Shown: positions 9,648-19,561, counted from the first letter of the stretch. The stretch: DNA of 57,150 nt from an uncultured Clostridium sp. (GCA_964600045.1 CAZRHS010000001.1:77877-135026), one strand, 5' to 3'. Program-made: numbers and translations. Notes: generated by a model from the letters alone, not told the origin.

Positions 9648-9920
9648 ATGAACAAAACTGAGCTTATAGCCGCAGTAGCTAACAAAACCGATCTCACCAA
9701 GAAGCAGGCCGAGACCGCCGTACAGACCGCCCTTGACACCATCACCGAGACCCTGAAGTCCGGCGAGAAGGTTCAGCTGGTTGGCTTTGGCGTATTCGAA
9801 ACCCGCACCCGTCCCGCTCATAAGGGCCACAACCCCATGACCGGCGCTGAGATCGACATTGCTGAGAGCAAGGCTGCCACTTTCAAGGCTGGTAAGGCTC
9901 TTAAGGAAGCACTCAACTAA
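9648..9920 (+). CDS. hup: DNA-binding protein HU
   Basis: [11 protein letters not shown] ... [27 protein letters not shown] lies 8 nt upstream of ATG 9648, and the upstream extension to 9600 is not credible. Confidence 0.95.
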   Translation: MNKTELIAAVANKTDLTKKQAETAVQTALDTITETLKSGEKVQLVGFGVFETRTRPAHKGHNPMTGAEIDIAESKAATFKAGKALKEALN

Positions 9921-9943
9921 TAAGCTATAATAATGCAATAAAG

Positions 9944-9977
9944 GCGGCACGGTCATCTGGCTGTGCCGCTTTGTTTT
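9944..9977 (+). terminator. intrinsic terminator after hup
   Basis: GCGGCAC (9944-9950) / GTGCCGC (9963-9969) stem followed by TTTGTTTT. Confidence 0.8.
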
Positions 9978-9990
9978 ATAAAATCGCCTA

Positions 9991-10018
9991 AAAAAGACCT
10001 CCCGCTTTTGCCGGGAGG
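9991..10018 (-). terminator. intrinsic terminator after the PrsA-like lipoprotein gene
   Basis: CCTCCCG / CGGGAGG stem (9998-10018) followed on the minus strand by TCTTTTTT. Confidence 0.75.
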
Positions 10019-10046
10019 CCTTTGTGCTTTATTTAAGCTTTAATTC

Positions 10047-11522
10047 TTATTTGCCAAGCTGGCGATAGGTTTCGGTTATAAGCTCAACGGAACCGTCGTT
10101 CAGCCATTCCTCTACCAGATCGTCCCAAACTTCTTCCTTCTTGTCCTCGTCAAGGCTGGCGGCTATGGCGTCGTGTACCTGGTCAAGGTCCTTGGAACCG
10201 GCTTCCTCGTCGCTTACATAATAGATTATATGCACGCCGTTGGTATCGGCAAATACCTCGCTGTACTCACCAAGGGAAAGGGTGGCGAAGGCTTCCTTAA
10301 CGGCATCGGACCAATCGGAAGAGGAGGAGTAGGAATTGGAGATAAGCATGCCGTCGGCATAGCCGTCAACCTCGGTAAAGTCGGTATTCTCGGTTACCTC
10401 AAGCATAACGGTCTTAAAGTCCTCGCCGGCCTCAAGGCGCTCGTAGGCGGCGGTAGCCTTCTTGTAGGCGCTGGCGGTGTATTCTTCATAATACTTATCG
10501 TATTCGGCCTGCTGCTCCCTGTATTCATCAAGAATTTCGGCAATGCGCTCGGCGTTCTCGCTGGTGCCGTTTATGGCATCCTCAAAGGCAAGGGTGTTAT
10601 ACTCGTTCTTAAGGGTGTTCATGCTGGTCTTCGCGGCGGTGCACTCATCGGGAAGGCTGCCCTCATAGGCGATGTATATATCATAAATCCTGTGGTAATC
10701 CTTGGGAACGTAAAGGGGAGGAATGCCGGTGGAGTCAAGCTCGTAGGCATCTTCGTCGTCCTTAAAGGTTTCGGGGTTGGAGTTATAGGTTTCAATATCG
10801 CTCATGGAGCTGGTATTGAACTGCTCCTCTATTTCCTCCTCGCTCGCGGCGGCATCCTTGGTAAGGTCCTCTTTCATAAGCTCGGTAAGGTACTCAACCT
10901 CTATGTCGTTGTTCAGCTTTTCGCAGTATTCTTCATAGGTGGCGTTGTCGTCGGCCATGTTGCTCTTGGCTTCTTCAAGTATAAGCTCCATTACCCTGGC
11001 ATCAACATCAACGGTAGAATCGCTCGCGGCCTCTTCCTCGGCTATCTCGCGATAATAAGCATCCATTTCGTCTATATTGGCCTGCTGGCGGGTTTCAAGC
11101 TCCGCCTTCTGCTCGTCGGTATAATTGTCGTAGCCAAGCTCGCGGGCCTTGTATTCAAGAACCTTGCTCTTGAGAAGCAGGTTTACAACATCGTCCTGGA
11201 ACTGCTCAAGCGTTTCGGTATCGCTTGTTACATCGTAGCCGTAGTTGCTGAAGTATTCGGCATACATATCGAATGTAACCTTAACATCGGCAAGTGTAAG
11301 CACGGTTTCGCCGTTTATCTTGGCCGCGGCGGCGCTAAGATCCATATCGTCTGAGTCAACGGTTATAGTGGGCTCTTCGGGCTCTGTTACTTCCGCGCTT
11401 TCCGTGGGGGCGGCGGTTTCGGTGGGCTCTTCGGTCTCATTTTCCGTCAGCTGGCAGCCGCAGAATATACAGGCGGCCATGGCTGCGCTCAGCAGCAGGG
11501 CAATCAGCTTTTTGGTGTTCAA
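10047..11522 (-). CDS. PrsA/SurA-like lipoprotein (putative parvulin-type foldase), very acidic
   Basis: Signal peptide with lipobox (LLLSAAMAACIFCGC). C-terminal NGVHIIYYV resembles the parvulin core. Clear paralogue of 16531..17721 (shared YGYDVT block). Confidence 0.7.
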   Translation of the reverse strand: MNTKKLIALLLSAAMAACIFCGCQLTENETEEPTETAAPTESAEVTEPEEPTITVDSDDMDLSAAAAKINGETVLTLADVKVTFDMYAEYFSNYGYDVTSDTETLEQFQDDVVNLLLKSKVLEYKARELGYDNYTDEQKAELETRQQANIDEMDAYYREIAEEEAASDSTVDVDARVMELILEEAKSNMADDNATYEEYCEKLNNDIEVEYLTELMKEDLTKDAAASEEEIEEQFNTSSMSDIETYNSNPETFKDDEDAYELDSTGIPPLYVPKDYHRIYDIYIAYEGSLPDECTAAKTSMNTLKNEYNTLAFEDAINGTSENAERIAEILDEYREQQAEYDKYYEEYTASAYKKATAAYERLEAGEDFKTVMLEVTENTDFTEVDGYADGMLISNSYSSSSDWSDAVKEAFATLSLGEYSEVFADTNGVHIIYYVSDEEAGSKDLDQVHDAIAASLDEDKKEEVWDDLVEEWLNDGSVELITETYRQLGK

Positions 11523-11590
11523 AGTAGTTTTTCTCCTTCCATATCTAACACCGATTAAAACGGTGCATATAGCTATTGTGTATTATATCA

Positions 11591-14500
11591 TCAATCGATT
11601 GTCGCGCAATCGACAAGCGTGTAAACAATCTGTGGCAGCAGGGCGTAAAGCGCCGCCGCGTCGCTCCTGGGGCGGGATACGACAACCGTGGGCGTTTCGC
11701 CAAACGACAGCCTGGCTCCGGCTATGTTGCCCGCCGCGGCAATAAGCTTTGTCCCGTCAATGGGCGCCTGCTTATCGAACACAAAGCGAATTTCGCCATC
11801 GCGCACCCTAAGCTGCGTTATGCCCGCGCGGGAGCAGTCCGCCTTTATAAGGGCAATGTTCAGTAGATTGGCGGTTTCGGCGGGAATGTCGCCGTAGCGG
11901 TCTATAAGCTCATCCTGCACATCGTAAAGATCGTCCCGCGTTTCTATGAACGCTATGCGCTTATACATATTAAGCCGCTCCGATTCGCGCGGAATATAGC
12001 GGGAGGATATGCTGGCGGGAACGGGAATATCCACAACCGTGTCTATCTTCACCGGCTCCTTTTCGCCCTTTGCCTCCTTAACGGCACCCTCCACTATTTT
12101 GCAATAAAGGTCGTAGCCTACGGCCGCCATGTGCCCGTGCTGCTCCGGCCCCAAAAGGTTGCCCGCGCCGCGTATCTCAAGGTCCCTCATGGCTATTTTG
12201 AAGCCCGCGCCGAACTGGGTAAATTCCCTTATTGCGCTAAGGCGCTTTTCTGCAACGTCGCTCAGAACCTTGTCGCGCATAAACGTTAAGTAGGCGTAGC
12301 CAAGCCTTGCGCCGCGGCCTACCCTGCCGCGCAGCTGATAAAGCTGGGCAAGGCCCATCTTGTCCGCGTCGTATACGATTATGGTATTAACGTTTGGCAT
12401 ATCAAGGCCGCTCTCTATTATGGTTGAGCACAAAAGCACATCGTACTGCTGATCCATAAAATCGAGCATTGTGCGCTCAAGCTGCCGCTCGTTCATCTGG
12501 CCGTGGGCAAAGGCTATCCTCGCCTCAGGCACAAGCTTTGCAAGCTTACCGGCGAATGTTTCCATGCCGCGCACGTTATTATAAACAAAGAAAACCTGGC
12601 CGCCGCGGCTTATTTCCTTCATAATGGCTTCCCTTGCCACGGCCTCGCTGTATTCCATAACGTATGTCTGCACGGGGTAGCGCTGCTCGGGCGGGGTTTC
12701 TATAACGGACATATCGCGTATGCCGGTCATGGACATATGAAGCGTTCTCGGTATAGGCGTTGCGGAAAGGGTGAGCGCGTCAACATCCTTTCGCATTTCC
12801 TTTATCTGCTCCTTGTGGCCAACGCCGAAGCGCTGCTCCTCATCTATTATAAGAAGGCCCAGATCCTTGAACTGCACGGATTTTGAAAGCAGCTTGTGCG
12901 TGCCTACAACAACGTCTATCGTGCCCTTTTTAAGCCCGTCTATAACCTTTGCTTCCTCAGACGGGGAATTGAAGCGCGAAAGCAGGGCCACCGTAACCGG
13001 AAAGCCCGAAAACCTTGCGGCAAGGGTATTATAGTGCTGCTGTGCAAGTATTGTTGTGGGCACAAGGAATGCCACCTGCTTGCTGTCCGTTACGGCCTTG
13101 AATGCCGCGCGCAGGGCAACCTCCGTTTTGCCGTAGCCCACGTCTCCGCAAAGCAGGCGATCCATAACGCGGTCGCTTTCCATATCCCGCTTTATTTCGG
13201 CAATGCACGTAAGCTGGTCGGGCGTTTCCTGATAAGGAAAGCTCTCCTCAAGCCTTTTCTGCCAGGCGGTATCGGGCGGGAAGGCGTGTCCCTTTCGGTG
13301 CAGCCTGTCGCCATAAAGCTTAACCAGGTCAAAGGCAAGCTTTTTAACGCTTTCGCGGGTTTTGTTAACCGTGCGCTGCCATTCGCCCGTGCCAAGGTGG
13401 GAAAGATGGGCGGTTGTTTCGTCCCCGCCTATGTATTTCTGAACCCTGTCAAGCTGATCGGTAGGAATATACAGCTTGTCGCCGCCCGCGTAAACAAGGT
13501 GCAGATAGTCCCTTGAAACGCCGCCAACCTGCAGCGTTACAACGCCAACAAACCGGCCTATGCCGTGCAGCTCGTGAACTACCAGGTCGCCAACGCTAAG
13601 CTCGCTGAAAACAAGCTTGGGCTTCTTCTTGCCGGCCGCGGCGGCTCGTTTGCCCTCCGTGCCGTAAAGCTCGCATTCGCTTATAACGGCAAGCTTAAGC
13701 TCCGGGTACTCAAAGCCTCTCGCAATGCTCTGGCCCACTATCAGCTGCTCGCCGCTTATAATGTCCCTTGTAAGGGTATCGGTTATGCCTAATGTTATGC
13801 CTTCGTCGCTAAGCATATCGCCTATGCGCTTAGAGTGGCTTCCGGCGTATATCACAACCGTGCTTCCGCCGCGCTTCCAGCTTGATATGTCCGCGGCAAG
13901 GGCGGGGGTGTTGCCTATGTATTTTGCCATGGGCCTTGTTTCAAAGCGGAAAAGACACTTTGGCTTAATCAGGCCGTATGTGCGCGTAAGCGCGAAAAGC
14001 ATGGCGGTATAGGGCGTATCGAGGCTCTGCAGAATGTGCGACGGCTGGCACATAAGGTCCGCCTGCTCCGGCAGGGCCGTGCCCTCGGCTATATATGAGC
14101 CTATTCTGTCAACATGGGTTGTAAAGGCAAGCTTTGCGCTTTCCTCAACGCGCTGCGGCTCGTCTATAAGAATAAGCGACCCCTCGGGAAGATAGTCGGT
14201 TATGAATGATTCGGGGTAAAATAGGGGCATAAGCATCTCTAAGCCCAAAGGAACGCTGCCCTCATTAAGAGTATCGTATTCCTGCTTCATGCCCTCTATT
14301 TTCCTAAGCGCGCGCATACCCCTGGTACGTGCCTCTTTTGTAAGCGGCATTTCGGTTGCCGGCGGTATAACGCAGCGGCTTATGTTTTCAATTGAGCGCT
14401 GGGTAATGGCATCGTATGTGCGGAGGGTATCCACTTCGTCATCAAAAAACTCTATTCTTACGGGGTTCGCCGCGCTTATGGGGAAAATATCAAGGTAGCC

Positions 14501-15058
14501 GCCCCTTAGGCAGACCTGCCCCTTGCCTTCGCACATATCAACCCGCTCATAGCCCGCGTTTACAAGGGAGGAAAGGAGGTCCTTTGGCTGCACCCTGTCC
14601 CCAACGGAAACGGTGCGCATGCTTTCGGCTATAGCCGCGGGCGGGGTTACGCGCTGAATAAGCGCCTCCGCCGAAACCGCCAAAGCTATGCTTTCCCCGT
14701 TAAGCAGGGCGCAGAGCGGCTCAAGCCGCCTTGCCGTAAGCCCCGCCGATGATGCTATGCCCTTTGCGCCGAGCGGCAGCTCACGCGCGGGCAGGTGATA
14801 TGCCCTGTCCGTAAATGCGGACATATCCTGCTGTATTCTCGCGGCGCTTGATTCGTTGGCCGTTATTATCAAAACCGATTTGCCTGTATGGCAAAAAAGA
14901 CCGGCGGCAATATGCGGCCGCGCGGCCTCGCCAAGCCCGTATACGGAGGCCGTGCCCTCGCCCTTTGTGAGCGCGGATACAAGGCGCGTGTATTCCGGGT
15001 GCTTTTTTAATATTTTTATAAGAGGATGCTCATTCATCCCTTGCGCTGCCTTTCTCAT
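11591..15058 (-). CDS. mfd: transcription-repair coupling factor Mfd
   Basis: Walker A GDVGYGKTEVA, DEEQRFG box and TRG-region helicase motifs. Start is ambiguous: ATG 15058 has GAGG 6 nt upstream, and ATG 15037 (MNEHPL...) is the alternative. Either start overlaps the pth 3' end. Confidence 0.93.
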   Translation of the reverse strand: MRKAAQGMNEHPLIKILKKHPEYTRLVSALTKGEGTASVYGLGEAARPHIAAGLFCHTGKSVLIITANESSAARIQQDMSAFTDRAYHLPARELPLGAKGIASSAGLTARRLEPLCALLNGESIALAVSAEALIQRVTPPAAIAESMRTVSVGDRVQPKDLLSSLVNAGYERVDMCEGKGQVCLRGGYLDIFPISAANPVRIEFFDDEVDTLRTYDAITQRSIENISRCVIPPATEMPLTKEARTRGMRALRKIEGMKQEYDTLNEGSVPLGLEMLMPLFYPESFITDYLPEGSLILIDEPQRVEESAKLAFTTHVDRIGSYIAEGTALPEQADLMCQPSHILQSLDTPYTAMLFALTRTYGLIKPKCLFRFETRPMAKYIGNTPALAADISSWKRGGSTVVIYAGSHSKRIGDMLSDEGITLGITDTLTRDIISGEQLIVGQSIARGFEYPELKLAVISECELYGTEGKRAAAAGKKKPKLVFSELSVGDLVVHELHGIGRFVGVVTLQVGGVSRDYLHLVYAGGDKLYIPTDQLDRVQKYIGGDETTAHLSHLGTGEWQRTVNKTRESVKKLAFDLVKLYGDRLHRKGHAFPPDTAWQKRLEESFPYQETPDQLTCIAEIKRDMESDRVMDRLLCGDVGYGKTEVALRAAFKAVTDSKQVAFLVPTTILAQQHYNTLAARFSGFPVTVALLSRFNSPSEEAKVIDGLKKGTIDVVVGTHKLLSKSVQFKDLGLLIIDEEQRFGVGHKEQIKEMRKDVDALTLSATPIPRTLHMSMTGIRDMSVIETPPEQRYPVQTYVMEYSEAVAREAIMKEISRGGQVFFVYNNVRGMETFAGKLAKLVPEARIAFAHGQMNERQLERTMLDFMDQQYDVLLCSTIIESGLDMPNVNTIIVYDADKMGLAQLYQLRGRVGRGARLGYAYLTFMRDKVLSDVAEKRLSAIREFTQFGAGFKIAMRDLEIRGAGNLLGPEQHGHMAAVGYDLYCKIVEGAVKEAKGEKEPVKIDTVVDIPVPASISSRYIPRESERLNMYKRIAFIETRDDLYDVQDELIDRYGDIPAETANLLNIALIKADCSRAGITQLRVRDGEIRFVFDKQAPIDGTKLIAAAGNIAGARLSFGETPTVVVSRPRSDAAALYALLPQIVYTLVDCATID

Positions 15059-15686
15059 CTTTGGCCTCGGCCTTTTCGCCCGATTGCTCCGCAAGCTTGG
15101 CCTCTTCCTTTTTCTTGCGCTTCGGCTTTTTGTTAAAGCGCATCTGCGCGTCCGCTATGCGGCCCGATGCTATAAGCTCGGCCGCGTCCGCCGCTTCGGA
15201 AAGGGCCACTTTTATTTTCTCGGCGCTTTCACCTTCGGGGCAGGACATTACGTGCGCTATAAGGTCGCGCCCGCCTTCGGGAGCGCCTGTTCCCACGCGT
15301 ATGCGGGGAAAATCATCAAACCCAAGCTGATATATAATGCTCTTCATGCCGTTGTGGCTGCCGGAGGAACCCTTTTCGCGAATGCGAAGCTCGCCCGGCT
15401 CTATGTCTATATCATCATATATTACTATAAGCTGGTTGTGCTCAACCTTAAACCAGTTTACAAGGTCCCTTACGGCCCAGCCGGAATTGTTCATAAACGT
15501 GAGCGGCTTTGCCAATATAACCCGCTCGCCGCCTATGCGGCCCTCGCCGTACACACTGCGGAAGTTTTCCTTTTTTATTTCTATGTTGTGCCTGTCCGCT
15601 ATAACGTCCAGCGCCATAAAGCCCATGTTGTGCCGGGTGCCGACGTACTCCCGGCCGGGGTTGCCAAGGCCTACTATTATATACAT
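15030..15686 (-). CDS. pth: peptidyl-tRNA hydrolase with Lys/Glu-rich C-terminal tail
   Basis: MYIIVGLGNPGREYVGTRHNMGF. The roughly 33-aa tail KKPKRKKKEEAKLAEQSGEKAEAKDEKGSARDE extends beyond the usual length. Confidence 0.93.
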   Translation of the reverse strand: MYIIVGLGNPGREYVGTRHNMGFMALDVIADRHNIEIKKENFRSVYGEGRIGGERVILAKPLTFMNNSGWAVRDLVNWFKVEHNQLIVIYDDIDIEPGELRIREKGSSGSHNGMKSIIYQLGFDDFPRIRVGTGAPEGGRDLIAHVMSCPEGESAEKIKVALSEAADAAELIASGRIADAQMRFNKKPKRKKKEEAKLAEQSGEKAEAKDEKGSARDE

Positions 15687-15769
15687 AATGCCCTCCGATA
15701 AAAGCTTATTGCACGCAACTATGCCCTCATACGGCTCCGCATGAGGGTGGTATATGCATAATTACTGTA

Positions 15770-16303
15770 TTACGATTCCTTTTTGTCCCGCCCGAAAACC
15801 TGAACCTTGGCGTAATGGCAAAGCGCTATAACCGCAAGCAGAATAGCCACGCAGAACACAATAAGGTTAAGCTTGCCTATCCACGGCCAGAAGTTTTTGA
15901 TAAGCGTAAGCGCTACGCCCGCGTTGAAAAAGCCCGCGGCGAATTTGCCGTACCAGTCCGCGTAAACAACAACGTCTTTACGCAGCATAAACAGGCCGCC
16001 CAATATCATGGCGCCCTCTTTTATAAGCACGGCAAGCAGAATCCAAAGCGGAAGCCAACCGACGCTGTAAAAACAGGACAGCGCGGCTATAACCATAAGC
16101 TTGTCCGCCAACGGGTCAAGCACCTTGCCAAGGTCGCTTATCCAATTATTTCTGCGGGCAAGATAACCATCAAGCAGGTCTGTAAAGAATGCGGTAAGGA
16201 ACACAATAAGGCAGGCAAGATATTTTGCCCGCGCGAAAAGAAATATGAATACGCCGACCAACAAAAGGCGTATTGTTGAAAGTATGTTTGGTATATGCCG
16301 CAT
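15770..16303 (-). CDS. pgsA: CDP-diacylglycerol--glycerol-3-phosphate 3-phosphatidyltransferase
   Basis: CDP-alcohol phosphotransferase motif DLLDGYLARRNNWISDLGKVLDPLADK. ATG 16303 has AGGAG 10 nt upstream, and the longer ORF start at 16357 has none. Confidence 0.88.
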   Translation of the reverse strand: MRHIPNILSTIRLLLVGVFIFLFARAKYLACLIVFLTAFFTDLLDGYLARRNNWISDLGKVLDPLADKLMVIAALSCFYSVGWLPLWILLAVLIKEGAMILGGLFMLRKDVVVYADWYGKFAAGFFNAGVALTLIKNFWPWIGKLNLIVFCVAILLAVIALCHYAKVQVFGRDKKES

Positions 16304-16437
16304 ATATTCTACACTCCTATGCAATTTATTATAACCGATGGCATAAATAAATTCCATATTTTTTGTTAAAAGCGGGTAAAATGAATGTGTATACAGCGTG
16401 AAACGTGGTTAAATGGGCGCACAAAACGCCTTTTGCG

Positions 16438-16466
16438 TTGACAGTTGGGCACTTGGGATATAAAAT
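16438..16466 (+). promoter_or_regulatory. sigma-A type promoter for the second PrsA-like gene
   Basis: TTGACA (16438-16443), 17-nt spacer, TAAAAT (16461-16466). Confidence 0.6.
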
Positions 16467-16530
16467 AGAAAGGCAGTTTATCCGCGCGCGGGTACTTTCC
16501 GCGCTGAACACTAAAGGAGATTTTTGAAAA

Positions 16531-17721
16531 ATGCGCAAAATGAAGACACTTGCCCTAATCCTTGCCGCGCTTATGATAGCGGCTTCCCTCTGCGCCTGCT
16601 CGGTAACAAACCCCAACTATACCGTGCTTGAAGTGGGAGACATGGATATAGGTGTAAACGCCTATTATAACTATTATAAGTACTATGCCCAGATGTGGTC
16701 CATGTACGGCTACGATGTAACCACCACCACATCCCAGAAGAACCTGCAGGAGCAGGTATTTAGCGCCCTTATAAACAACGCTCTGCCCGTGGTTGTTGCC
16801 AAGCAGAACGGCATAACCCTTACCGAAGAGGAAGAGGCAGAGGTTCAGGCTGAATATCAGGAGGAAGTGGATTCCCTGCTTTCTCAGTACGCCTCCAGCG
16901 TAGATTCCTCCATAACCGATGAGGATGCCATCCGCGCAGAAGAGGAAAAGCTCTGCAAGGCCGAGCTTAAGAAGTCCGGCTGGAGCTACACCAAGTATCT
17001 GAAGGTTCTTGAGGAAGATATTCGCAATACCGCCATAGGTCAGAAGTATCTGGAAACCCTTTATGCGGACGTGAACATTACCGAAGAGGATGCCAAGGAA
17101 TACTACGACTCCCAGATAGAGGTAAAGAGGGCTGAGTACGCCGAGGATCCCGCCCAGTTCTTCACCGATTACAGCAGCGCCATAAGCAACGGCGATATGT
17201 CCACCATACTTGTCGTGCCCGAAGGCTACCACTGCTATAAGCACATCCTTGTAAAGAAGGCCGAGACCGAGGACGAGGCCGAGGTTAGCAACATCAACCA
17301 GAAGCTTGAGGAGATAAAGGCCAAGATTAAGGACGGCGTGGACTTTGATGAGCTTATCGAGGAATACGGCGAGGATACCGGCATGGAGAGCGAGCCCTAC
17401 AAGACCGAGGGCTACCTTGTAAGCGAGGACGTTATAGACCAGTATTACGAGGGCTTTGCGGAAGCGGCTCTTGCGCTTGAAAACATTGGCGACGTTACCG
17501 AGGAGCCTGTTGAAACCGAAATCGGCTACCACTTCATCAAGTATGTGGGCGACAAGGAAGCCGGCGACGTTCCCTTTGACGATGTTAAGGAAGGCCTTAT
17601 AGAGCAGCTTACCGAGGACGAGAAGACCACCATTTATCAGACCAACCTGACCAAGTGGAAGGAAGAAATAAAGATCACCAAGCACTATGACCTGGTGAGC
17701 GGCATAACCTATTCCAACTGA
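16531..17721 (+). CDS. PrsA/SurA-like lipoprotein (parvulin-type PPIase-like), acidic
   Basis: Lipobox LMIAASLCAC. C-terminal EIGYHFIKYV is a parvulin-like core. Paralogue of 10047..11522. Confidence 0.72.
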   Translation: MRKMKTLALILAALMIAASLCACSVTNPNYTVLEVGDMDIGVNAYYNYYKYYAQMWSMYGYDVTTTTSQKNLQEQVFSALINNALPVVVAKQNGITLTEEEEAEVQAEYQEEVDSLLSQYASSVDSSITDEDAIRAEEEKLCKAELKKSGWSYTKYLKVLEEDIRNTAIGQKYLETLYADVNITEEDAKEYYDSQIEVKRAEYAEDPAQFFTDYSSAISNGDMSTILVVPEGYHCYKHILVKKAETEDEAEVSNINQKLEEIKAKIKDGVDFDELIEEYGEDTGMESEPYKTEGYLVSEDVIDQYYEGFAEAALALENIGDVTEEPVETEIGYHFIKYVGDKEAGDVPFDDVKEGLIEQLTEDEKTTIYQTNLTKWKEEIKITKHYDLVSGITYSN

Positions 17722-17830
17722 TCGAATCAGCGGCACATAAACAGCAATTAAGCGGGCGCAAGCTCGCTTTTTTGTATTTACGATGATATAATCTGAAAGG
17801 AAATTCCACGCGCTTTCGGGAGGAAATAAT

Positions 17831-18505
17831 ATGTTTCAGATAATGGTGGTAGAGGACGATATAAACGCGCGCAGGCTTATGCAGGCCGTGCTTGAGCAAA
17901 ACGGCTATGCCGCCATACCCGCGTCCGACGGGGCGGAGGCGCTCGCGCTTATGGATAAAAAGCACGTGGATCTGATTGTGCTTGATGTTATGATGCCCAA
18001 TATGGACGGCTATACTATGGCAAGGGAGCTTAGAAACGCCGGAAACAACGTGCCCATACTTATGGTAACCGCAAGGCAGAGTGCCAAGGACAAAAAGGAA
18101 GGCTTCCTTGCCGGTACGGACGACTATATGGTAAAGCCGGTTGACGAGGAAGAGATGCTGCTTAGAATTGCCGCGCTTTTAAGGCGAAGCAGAATAGTGA
18201 GCGAAAGAAAGATTACAATAGGCGAAACCGTGCTTAACTACGATGCCTGTACCCTTTGCGACTGTGCAGGGGAGCGGGAACTGCCGCCAAAGGAATTTAT
18301 GCTTTTATATAAGCTTTTATCCTATCCCAACCATATTTTTACGAGAAGGCAGCTTATGGACGAAATATGGGACATGGAGAGCGATACGGACGAGCGCACG
18401 GTGGACGTGCATATAAACCGCCTGCGTGAGCGGCTGAAGGGCAATGAGGACATAGAGCTTATAACGGTGCGCGGGCTTGGCTACAAGGCGGTGAAGAAGC
18501 AATGA
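17831..18505 (+). CDS. OmpR-family response regulator
   Basis: Receiver domain DLIVLDVMMPNMDGY with a winged-helix output (RTVDVHINRLRERL). Confidence 0.93.
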   Translation: MFQIMVVEDDINARRLMQAVLEQNGYAAIPASDGAEALALMDKKHVDLIVLDVMMPNMDGYTMARELRNAGNNVPILMVTARQSAKDKKEGFLAGTDDYMVKPVDEEEMLLRIAALLRRSRIVSERKITIGETVLNYDACTLCDCAGERELPPKEFMLLYKLLSYPNHIFTRRQLMDEIWDMESDTDERTVDVHINRLRERLKGNEDIELITVRGLGYKAVKKQ

Positions 18506-19533
18506 AAAAGCTTGGTGCGCAGATTGTATTCGCAACATTTCTGGTAATGCTCTCAACCGCGGTGCTTACCGTTACGGTAATACTGCTGCTGCAGTTTTTA
18601 GGCGCGCTGCCGCAGGTTAAGTACCCGGCGATAGTTTGGCCGGTTATAGCGCTTGCTATATGCGTGGCCGTGGGCACGGGCATAAACGCCCTGCTTACGC
18701 GCTGGTATTTCCGCCCCATGAAGCAGCTTATAGAGGCCACACGGCGCGTTGCCAAGGGCGACTTTACCGTTAGGGTAGAGGAAATAAACGGCGTTAGAAA
18801 CGAACTTGAGGAGCTTACAAAGAGCTTTAACGTTATGGCCGAGGAATTGGGCAGCACGGAGCTTTTCAGGCGGGACTTTATAAATTCCTTTTCCCATGAG
18901 TTCAGAACGCCCATGGTGTCCATAAGGGGCTTTGCAAGGCAGCTTAAAAAGAGCGACATAACCGAGGAACAGCGCGGCGAATACGCGGACATAATAATAA
19001 ACGAAGCGGACAGGCTTACAAACATGGCCTCAAACATACTTACGCTTACCCGCGTTGAAAACCAGCAGATAATAACGGACCGGCAAACGTTCAGGCTTGA
19101 TGAGCAGCTGAGAAGCTGCGTACTGCTTTTGCAGAAGGAATGGGAAGCAAAGGACATAAGCCTTGACATAAACCTTGAGGAAACGGAATATACATCAAAC
19201 GAGGAGATGCTTTCCCAGGTTTGGCTGAATATACTGAGCAACGCCATAAAGTTCAGTAAACAGGGTGGGGAGATAAGAATATATTGCGAAAGCTCGCCCG
19301 AGGGCGTTCGCGTGGAGATAGAGGACCACGGCATAGGCATGAACGAAGAAACCCGCAGGCACGCTTTTGAGCGCTTTTATCAGGGCGCGGGCAGCAGGGC
19401 CACGGCCGGAAGCGGATTGGGCTTAAGCATAGCAAAGCGAATAGTTGAGCTTAACGGCGGGGAAATAAACCTTGAAAGCGAGCTTAACCGCGGCACGCTC
19501 TTCATAGTCACGCTGCCCGTTCAGCAGGCATAA
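18502..19533 (+). CDS. sensor histidine kinase (two TM helices with very short outer loop, HAMP, HisKA, HATPase)
   Basis: H-box SHEFRTPM, N-box NAIKFS and G-box GSGLGLSIA. ATGA overlap with the regulator gene. Confidence 0.92.
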   Translation: MKKLGAQIVFATFLVMLSTAVLTVTVILLLQFLGALPQVKYPAIVWPVIALAICVAVGTGINALLTRWYFRPMKQLIEATRRVAKGDFTVRVEEINGVRNELEELTKSFNVMAEELGSTELFRRDFINSFSHEFRTPMVSIRGFARQLKKSDITEEQRGEYADIIINEADRLTNMASNILTLTRVENQQIITDRQTFRLDEQLRSCVLLLQKEWEAKDISLDINLEETEYTSNEEMLSQVWLNILSNAIKFSKQGGEIRIYCESSPEGVRVEIEDHGIGMNEETRRHAFERFYQGAGSRATAGSGLGLSIAKRIVELNGGEINLESELNRGTLFIVTLPVQQA

Positions 19534-19561
19534 AAATAGAGAAAATAAGCGAATTTAGTGC

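Noticed and set aside
10173-11354. 393-aa antisense ORF, and an equally long one (also 393 aa) at 16555..17736, opposite the two PrsA-like genes
   Set aside because: Both lie fully inside and antisense to well-supported acidic lipoprotein genes. Their G/L/V/K-rich low-complexity translation is the mirror image of GAx/GCx-rich sense codons. There are no SDs or recognisable motifs, so the matching length is a by-product of paralogy.
15687-15769. 7-bp hairpin (CCCTCAT...ATGAGGG) between pgsA and pth as a terminator
   Set aside because: No U-tract follows it on the minus strand, so it is not called; it may be a processing or stability element.
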